From contig OZ024744.1 of NCBI GenBank assembly GCA_964016885.1, positions 28,334,001-28,398,000 on the forward strand: 64,000 nt of DNA, given 5' to 3'. Made by a program: the position numbers and the translations under genes. Shown one piece after another: positions 52,301 through 61,915 of this stretch (position 1 is its first letter; the number at the start of each line of letters is the position of its first letter). The notes beneath the pieces were generated by a model. It ran no database searches. It was not told where the DNA came from and saw only the letters and a program-made list of their open reading frames with translations. This DNA is from Eledone cirrhosa (Eukaryota).

Positions 52301-53969
52301 TATTGTCACTGTTGTTGTTGTAGCTTTTATCACTGTTATTGACACTGTTGTTATTGTTGTCGCTGTTATAACTGTTATTGTCACTATTGTTGTTGTGGTT
52401 CTCGCTGTTATAACTGTTATTGTGACTGTTGTTGTTGTTGTTGTCGCTGTTATAACTGTTATTGTCATGGTTGTTGTTGTTGTCGCAGTTATCACTGTTA
52501 TTGACACTGTCGTTGTTGTTGTTCTCGCTGTTATCACTGTTATTGTCACTGTTGTTGTTGTTGTCGCTGTTATAACTGTTATTGTCACTGTTGTTGTTGC
52601 TGTTGTCGCTGTCATAACTCTTATTGTCACTGTTGTTGTTGTTGTTGTTGTCGTTGTTATCACTGTTATTGTCATTATTGTTGTTCTCGCTGGTATCACT
52701 GGTATTGACACTGTTGTTGTTGTTGTCGCTGTTATAACTGTTATTGTCTCTGTTGATGTTGTTGTCGCTGTTATAACTGTTATTGTCACTGTTGTTGTTG
52801 TCGCTGTTATAACTCTTATTGTCACTGTTGTTGTTGTTGTCGTTGTTATCACTGTTATTGTCATTATTGTTGTTGGCGCTGTTATCACTGTTATTGTCAT
52901 TGTTGTTGTTGTCGCTGTTATCACTGTTATTGTCCCTGTTGTTGTTGTCGCTGTTATAACTGTTATTGTTACTCTTGTTGTTGTTCTCGCTGTTATCACA
53001 GTTATTGTCACTGTTGTTTTGTTGTTGTCGCTGTTATATCTGTTATTGTCACTGTTGTTGTTGTTGCTGTCTCTGTTATCACTGTTATTGTCATTGTTGT
53101 TGTTGTTGTACACGCTGTTATCACTGTTATTGTCACTGTTGTTGTCGATGTTATCACTGTTATTTTCCTTGTTGTTTTTGTTGTCACTGTTATAACTGTT
53201 ATTGTCATTGTTGTTGTTGTTGTCGCTGTTATCACTGTTATTGTCATTGTTGTTGTTGTTGTTGTCGCTGTTATCACTGTTATTGTCACTGTTGTTGTTG
53301 TTGTCCCTGTTATCACTGTTATTGTCACTGTTGTCGTTGTTGTTGTCACTGTTATTTATAAATGTTATTGTCACTGTTGTTGTTGTCGCTGTTATAACTG
53401 TTATTGTCACTGTTGTTGTTGTCGCTGTTATAACTGTTATTGTCACTGTTTTTATTGTTGTCGCTGTTATAACTGTTATTGTCACTGTTGTTGTTGTTGT
53501 CGCTGTTATCACTGTTATTGTCACTGTTGTTGTTGTTGTTGTCTCTGTTATCACTGTTATTGTCATTGTTGTTATTGTTGTTGTCGCTGTTATAACTGTT
53601 ATTGTCATTGTTGTTGTTGTAGCTGTTATAACTGTTATTGTCACTGTTGTCGTTGTCCCTGTTATAACTGTTACTGTCACTGTTGTTGTTGTCGCTGTTA
53701 TCACTGTTATTGTCACTGTTGTTGTCGCCGTTATCACTGTTATTGTCATTGTTGTTGTTGTCGCTGTTATAACTGTTATTGTCATTGTTGTTGTTGTTGT
53801 CGCTGTTATCACTGTTATTGTCATTGTTGTTGTCGCTGTTATCACTGTTATTGTCACTGTTGTTGTTTTTGTCGCTGTTATCACTGTTATTGTCACTGTT
53901 GTTGTTGTTGTCGCTGTTATAACTGTTATTGTCACTGTTGTTGTCGCTGTTATTGTCACTGTTGTTGTT

Positions 53970-54000
<31 letters not shown>

Positions 54001-57000
54001 CGCTGTTATCACTGTTATTGTTCTGTTGTTGTTGTTGTCGCTGTTATAACTGTTATTGCCATTGTTGTTGTTGTTGTCGTCTCTGTTATCACTGTTATTG
54101 TCACTATTGTTGTTGTCGCTGTTATAACTTTTATTGTTATTGGTGTTGTTGTTGTCGCTGTTATGACTGTTATTGTCACTGTGGTTGTTGTTTTTCTCGC
54201 TGTTATCACAGTTATTGTCACTGTTGTTGTTGTTCTTGTCGCTGTTATAACTGTTATTGTCACTGTTGTTGTTGTAGCTTTTATCACTGTTATTGACACT
54301 GTTGTTATTGTTGTCGCTGTTATAACTGTTATTGTCACTGTTGTTGTTGTTGTCGCTGTTATTGTCACTGTTGTTGTTCTGTTGTTGTTGTTGTTGTCGC
54401 TGTTATAACTGTTATTACCATTGTTGTTGTTGTTGTTGTCTCTGTTATCACTGTTATTGTCATTGTTGTTGTCGCTGTTATCACTGTTAATGTCATTGTT
54501 GTTGTTGTTTTTGTCGCTGTTATTACTGTTATTGTCACTGTGGTTGTTGTTGTTCTCGCTGTTATCACAGTTATTGTCACTGTTGTTGTTGTTGTTGTTG
54601 TCGCTGTTATAACTGTTATTGTCACTGTTGTTGTTGTTCTTGTCGCTGTTATAACTGTTATTGTCACTGTTGTTGTTGTTGTAGCTTTTATCACTGTTAT
54701 TGTCACTGTTGTTATTGTTGTCGCTGTTATAACTGTTATTGTCACTGTTGTTGTTGTTGTCGCTGTTATTGTCACTATTGTTGTTTTGTTGTTGTTGTTG
54801 TTGTCGCTGTTATAACTGTTATTGCCATTGTTGTTGTTGTTGTTGTCTATGTTATGACTGTTATTGTCATTGTTGTTGTTGTCGCTGTTATCACTGTTAA
54901 TGTCATTGTTGTTGTTTTTGTCGCTGTTATTACTGTTATTGTCACTGTGGTTGTTGTTGTTCTCGCTGTTATCACAGTTATTGTCACTGTTGTTGTTGTT
55001 GTTGTCGCTGTTATAACTGTTATTGTCATTGTTGTTGTTGTTGTCACTGTTATTGTCACTGTTGTTGTTGTTCTTGTCGCTGTTATAACTGGTATTGTCA
55101 CTGTTATTGTTGTTGTAGCTTTTATCACTGTTATTGACACTGTTGTTGTTGTTGTCGCTGTTATAACTGTTATTGCCATTGTTGTTGTTGTTGTCTCTGT
55201 TTTCACTGTTATTGTCACTGTTGTTGTTGTCGCTGTTATAACTGATATTGTTATTGGTGTTGATGTTGTCGCTGTTATAACTGTTATTGTCATTGTTGTT
55301 GTTGTCGCTGTTATCACTGTTATTGTCACTGTTGTTGTTGTTCTTGTCGCTGTTATAACTGTTATTGTCACTGTTGTTGTTGTTGCCGCTGTTATCACTG
55401 TTATTGACACTGTTGTTGTTGTTGTCGCTGTTATCACTGTTATTGTCACTGTTGTTGTTGGCGCTGTTATCGTCACTGTTGTTTTGTTGTTGTTGTTGTC
55501 GTCGTTGTCATCACTGTTATTGTCACTGTTGTTGTTGTTGTTGTCGTTGTTATCATGCTTTTGTCACTGTTGTTGTTGTCGTTGTTGTTGTTGTTATCAC
55601 TGTTATTGTCACTGTTGTCTTTGTTGTTGTTGTCGTTGTCATCACTGTTATTGTCGCTGTTGTTGTTGTTGTTGTCGCTGTTATTTTCACTGTTTATTTT
55701 TTTGTTGTTGTTGTTGTCGTCGTTGTCATCACTGTTATTGTCGCTGTTGTTGTCGTTGTTGTCGTTGTTTTCATGGTTATTGTCACTGTTGTTGTTGTTA
55801 TCACTGTTATAGTCACTGTTGTTGTTGTCGCTGTTATAAATGTTATTGTCATTGTTGTTGTTGTTGTTGTCATTGTTATCACTGTTATTGTCACTATTGT
55901 TGTTGTCGCTGTTATCACTGTTATTGCCACTGTTGTTGTTGTTCTCGCTGTTATCACTGTTATCGTCACTGTTGTTGTGTTGTCGCTGTTATAACTGTTA
56001 TTGTCAAAGTTGTTGTTGTCGCTGTTATAACTGTTTTTGTCACTGTTATTGTTGTTGTCGCTGTTACCACTGTTATTGTCTTTGTTGTTGTTGTTGTTCT
56101 CGCTGTTATCACTGTTATTGTCATTGTTGTTGTCGCTGTTATCACTTATATTGTAATTGTTGTTGTTGTTGTTGTCGCTGTTATAACTGTTATTGTCACT
56201 GATGTTGTTGTTGTCGCTGTTATAACTGTTATTGTCAAAGTTGTTGTTGTTGTCTCTGTTATCACTGTTATTGTCACTGTTGTTGTTGTCGCTGTTATCA
56301 CTGTTATTGTCACTGGTGTTGTTGTTGTCGCTGTTAGTGTCACTCTTGTTGTTTTGTTGTTGTTGTCGTCGTTGTCATCACTGTTATTGTCGCTGTTGTT
56401 GTCGTTGTTGTCGTTGTTATCATGGTTATTGTCACTGTTGTTGTTGTTATCACTGTTATAGTCACTGTTGTTGTTGTCGCTGTTATAACTGTTATTGTCA
56501 CTGTTGTTGTTGTTGTTGTCATTGTTATCACTGTTATTGTCACTATTGTTGTTGTCGCTGTTATCACTGTTATTGTCACTGATGTTGTTGTTCTCGCTGT
56601 TATCACTGTTATCGTCACTCTTGTTGTGTTGTTGTCGCTGTTATAACAGTTATTGTCAAAGTTGTTGTTGTCGCTCTTATAACTGTTTTTGTCACTGTTA
56701 TTGTTGTTGTCGCTGTTACCACTGTTATTGTCTTTGTTGTTGTTGTTGTTCTCGCTGTTATCACTGTTATTGTCATTGTTGTTGTCGCTGTTATCACTTA
56801 TATTGTCATTGTTGTTGTTGTTGTCGCTGTTATAAATGTTATTGTCACTGATGTTGTTGTTGTCGCTGTTATAACTGTTATTGTCAAAGTTGTTGTTGTT
56901 GTCTCTGTTATCACTGTTATTGTCACTGTTGTTGTTGTCGCTGTTATCACTGTTATTGTCACTGGTGTTGTTGTTGTCGCTGTTAGTGTCACTCTTGTTG

Positions 57001-60000
57001 TTTTGTTGTTGTTGTCGTCGTTGTCATCACTGTTATTGTCGCTGTTGTTGTTGTTGTTGTCGTTGTTATCATGCTTATTGTCACTGTTGTTGTTGTTGTG
57101 GTTGTTGTTGTTGTTATCACTGTTATTGTCGCTGTTGTTGTTGTTGTTGTTGTCGCTGTTATTGTCACTGTTGTTGTTTTGTTGTTGTTGTTGTCGTCGT
57201 TGTCATCACTGTTATCGTCGCTGTTGTTGTCGTTGTTGTCCTTGTTATCATGGTTATTGTCACTGTTGTTGTCACTGTTATTGTTCTTGTCGCTGTTACC
57301 ACTGTTATTGTCTTTGTTGTTGTTGTGGTCGCTGTTATCACTGTTATTGTCACTGTTGTTGTTGTTGTTGTCGCTGCTATCACTGTTATTGCCACTGTTG
57401 CTGTTGTTGTCGCTGTTATCACTGTTATTGTCACTGTGGCTGTTGTTGTTCTCGCTGTTATCACAGTTATTGTCACTGTTGTTGTTGTTGTTGTCGCTGT
57501 TATAACTGTTATTGTCATTGTTGTTGTTGTTGTCACTGTTACTGTCACTGTTGTTGTTGTTCTTGTCGCTGTTATAACTGGTATTGTCACTGTTATTGTT
57601 GTTGTAGCTTTTATCACTGTTATTGACACTGTTGTTATTGTTGTCGCTGTTATAACTGTTATTGTCACTGTTGTTGTTGTTGTCGCTGTTATTGTCACTG
57701 TTGTTGTTTTGTTGTTGTTGTTGTCGCTGTTATAACTGTTATTGCCATTGTTGTTGTTGTTGTTGTTGTCTCTGTTTTCACTGTTATTGTCACTGTTGTT
57801 GTCGTCGCTGTTATAACTGATATTGTTATTGGTGTTGATGTTGTCGCTGTTATAACTGTTATTGTCATTGTTGTTGTTGTCGCTGTTATCACTGTTAATG
57901 TCATTGTTGTTGTTGTTTTGTCGCTGTTATTACTGTTATTGTCACTGTGGTTGTTGTTCTCGCTGTTATCACAGTTATTGTCACTGTTGTCGTTGTTGTT
58001 GTCGCTGTTATAACTGTTATTGTCACTGTTGTTGTTGTTGCCGCTGTTATCACTGTTATTGACACTGTTGTTGTTGTTGTCGCTGTTATCACTGTTATTG
58101 TCACTGTTGTTGTTGTTGTTGTCGTTGTTATCATGCTTATTGTCACTGTTGTTGTTGTCGTTGTTGTTGTTGTTATCACTGTTATTGTCACTGTTGTCTT
58201 TGTTGTTGTTGTTGTCGTTGTCATCACTTTTATTGTCGCTGTTGTTGTTGTTGTTGTCGCTGTTATTTTCACTGTTGATGTTTTGTTGTTGTTGTTGTCG
58301 TCGTTGTCATCACTGTTATTGTCGCTGTTGTTGTCGTTGTTGTCGTTGTTATCATGGTTATTGTCACTGTTGTTGTTGTTATCACTGTTATAGTCACTGT
58401 TGTTGTTGTCGCTGTTATAACTGTTATTGTCATTGTTGTTGTTGTTGTTGTCATTGTTATCACTGTTATTGTCACTATTGTTGTTGTCGCTGTTATCACT
58501 GTTATTGCCACTGTTGTTGTTGTTCTCGCTGTTATCACTGTTATCGTCACTGTTGTTGTGTTGTTGTCGCTGTTATAACTGTTATTGTCAAAGTTGTTGT
58601 TGTCGCTGTTATAACTGTTTTTGTCACTGTTATTGTTGTTGTCGCTGTTACCACTGTTATTGTCTTTGTTGTTGTTGTTGTTCTCGCTGTTATCACTGTT
58701 ATTGTCATTGTTGTTGTCGCTGTTATCACTTATATTGTAATTGTTGTTGTTGTTGTCGCTGTTATAACTGTTATTGTCACTGATGTTGTTCTTGTCGCTG
58801 TTATAACTGTTATTGTCAAAGTTGTTGTTGTTGTCTCTGTTATCACTGTTATTGTCACTGTTGTTGTTGTCGCTGTTATCACTGTTATTGTCACTGGTGT
58901 TGTTGTTGTCGCTGTTAGTGTCACTCTTGTTGTTTTGTTGTTGTTGTCGTCGTTGTCATCACTGTTATTGTCGCTGTTGTTGTCGTTGTTGTCGTTGTTA
59001 TCATGGTTATTGTCACTGTTGTTGTTGTTATCACTGTTATAGTCACTGTTGTTGTTGTCGCTGTTATAACTGTTATTGTCACTGTTGTTGTTGTTGTTGT
59101 CATTGTTATCACTGTTATTGGCACTATTGTTGTTGTCGCTGTTATCACTGTTATTGTCACTGTTGTTGTTGTTCTCGCTGTTATCACTGTTATCGTCACT
59201 GTTGTTGTGTTGTTGTCGCTGTTATAACTGTTATTGTCAAAGTTGTTGTTGTCGCTCTTATAACTGTTTTTGTCACTGTTATTGTTGTTGTCGCTGTTAC
59301 CACTGTTATTGTCTTTGTTGTTGTTGTTGTTCTCGCTGTCATCACTGTTATTGTCATTGTTGTTGTCGCTGTTATCACTTATATTGTCATTGTTGTTGTT
59401 GTTGTCGCTGTTATAACTGTTATTGTCACTGATGTTGTTGTTGTCGCTGTTATAACTGTTATTGTCAAAGTTGTTGTTGTTGTCTCTGTTATCACTGTTA
59501 TTGTCACTGTTGTTGTTGTCGCTGTTATCACTGTTATTGTCACTGGTGTTGTTGTTGTCGCTGTTAGTGTCACTCTTGTTGTTTTGTTGTTGTTGTCGTT
59601 GTTATCATGCTTATTGTCACTGTTGTTGTTGTGGTTGTTGTTGTTGTTATCACTGTTATTGTCGCTGTTGTTGTTGTTGTTGTTGTCGCTGTTATTGTCA
59701 CTGTTGTTGTTTTGTTGTTGTTGTTGTCGTCGTTGTCATCACTGTTATCGTCGCTGTTGTTGTCGTTGTTGTTCTTGTTATCATGGTTATTGTCACTGTT
59801 GTTGTCGCTGTTATCACTGTTATTGTCAATGTTGTTGTTGTCGCTGTTATAACTGTTATTGTCACTGTTGTTGTTGTTTTTATCATTGTTATCACTGTTA
59901 TTGTCACTATTGTTGTTGTCACTGTTATTGTTCTTGTCGCTGTTACCACTGTCATTGTCTTTGTTGTTGCTGTGGTCGCTGTTATCACTGTTATTGTCAC

Positions 60001-61915
60001 TGTTGTTGTTGTTGTTGTCGCTGTTATCACTGTTATTGCCACTGTTGCTGTTGTTGTCGCTGTTATCACTGTTATTGTCACTGTTGTTGTTGTTGTCGCT
60101 GTTATCACTGTTATTGTCACTGTTGCTGTTGTTGTCGCTGTTATCACTGTTATTGTCATTGTTGTTGTTGTTGTCGCGGTTATCACAGTTATTGTCATTG
60201 TTGTTGTTGTTGTTGTTGTTCTCGCTGTTATCACTGTTATTGTCGATGTTATACCTGTTATTGTCACTGTTGTTGTTGTTGTTGTCGGTGTTATAACTGT
60301 TATTAGTTACTGTTGTTGTTGTTGTTGTTCTTGCTGTTAGAACTAATATTGTCATTGTTGTTGTTGTTGCTGTCGGTGTTATTACTGTTATTGCCATTGT
60401 TGTTGTTGTTGTTGTCTCTGTTATCACTGTTATTGTCACTCTTGTTGTTGTCGCTGTTATTGTCACTGTTGTTGTTGTTGTTGTTGTCGCTGTTATAACT
60501 GTTAATGTCACTGTTGTTGTTGTTCTCACTGTTATCACTGTTATTGTCATTGTTGTTGTTGTTGTTGTTGTTGTTGTCGTTGTTATCATTGTTATTGTCA
60601 TTGTTGTTGTCGCTGTTATCACTGTTATTGTCACTGTTATTGTCGCTGTTACAACTGTCAATGTTGTTGTTGTTATTGTCGCTGTTATCACTGTTATTGT
60701 CATTGTTGTTATTGTTGTTGTCGCTGTTATAACTGTTATTGTCACTGTTGTTGTTGTCGCTGTTTTAACTGTTATTGTCATTGTTGTTGTAGTCGCAGTT
60801 ATCAATGTTATTGACACTGTTGTTGTTGTTGTTCTCGCTGTTATCACTGTTATTATCACTGTTGTTGTTGTTCTCGCTGCTATCATTGTTATTGTCATTG
60901 TTGTTGTTGTTGTTGTTGTTGTTGTCGCTGTTATCACTGCCATTGTCACTGTTGTTTTCGCTGTTATCACTGTTATCGTCATCGTTGTTGTTCTCGCTGT
61001 TATCACTGTTATTGTCACTGTTGTCGCTGTTATCACTGTTATTGTCACTGTTGTTGGTGTCGCTGTTATCACGGTTATTGTCACTGTTGTTCTTGTTGTC
61101 GCTGTTATAACTGTTATGGTTACTATTGTTGTTGTTCTCGCTGTTATCACTGTTATTGTCACTGTTGTTGTCGCTGTTATCGCTGTTATTGTCATTGTTG
61201 TTGTTGTTGTTGTCGCTGTTATCACTGTTATTGTCACTGATGTTGTTGTTCTCGCTGTTATCACTGTTATTGTCACTGTTGTTGTTGTTGTTGTTGTTCT
61301 CGCTGTTATCACTGTTATTGTCATTGCTGTTGTTGTCGCTGTTATCACTGTTATTGTCACTGTTGTTGTTGTTCTCGCTGTTATTGTCATTGCTGTTGTT
61401 GTTGTTGTTGTCGGTGTTATCAGTGTTATTGTCACTGTTGTTGTTGTTGTCACTGTTATCACTGTTATTGTCATTGCTGTAGTTGTTGTTGTCGCTGTTA
61501 TCACTGTTATTGTCATTGGTGTTGTTGTTGTTGTCGCTGTTATAACTGTTATTGTCATTGCTGTTGTCGTTGTTGTCGCTGTTATCACTGTTATTGTCAT
61601 TGCTGTTGTTGTTGTTGTCGCTGTTATCACTGTTATTGTCATTGGTGTTGTTGTTGTTGTCGCTGTTATAACTGTTATTGTCATTGCTGTTGTTGTTGTT
61701 GTCGCTGTTATCACTGTTATTGTCACTGTTGTTGTTGTTATCGCTGTTATCACTGTTATTGTCACTGTTGTTGTCACTTATAAATGTTATTGTAACTGTT
61801 GTTGTCGCTGTTATAACTGTTATTGTCACTGTTGTCGTTGTTGTTGTCGCTGTTATAACTGTTATTGTCATTGTTGTTGTTGTCGCTGTTATAACTGTTA
61901 TTGTCATTGTTGTTG
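46338..61915 (+). repeat. Copy 2 of the ~16.5-kb tandem duplication, collinear with copy 1 up to about 45440
   Basis: At ~46340 the diverged-type sequence switches abruptly to sequence matching ~29770 onward (TATAAATG at 29821 and 46389, offset 16568). Confidence 0.9.
55700..59600 (+). repeat. 649-bp/2581-bp nested higher-order repeat (copy within the second 16.5-kb unit)
   Basis: Offsets 56232/56881 and 58813/59462 are 649, and 56232/58813 is 2581. Confidence 0.88.
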
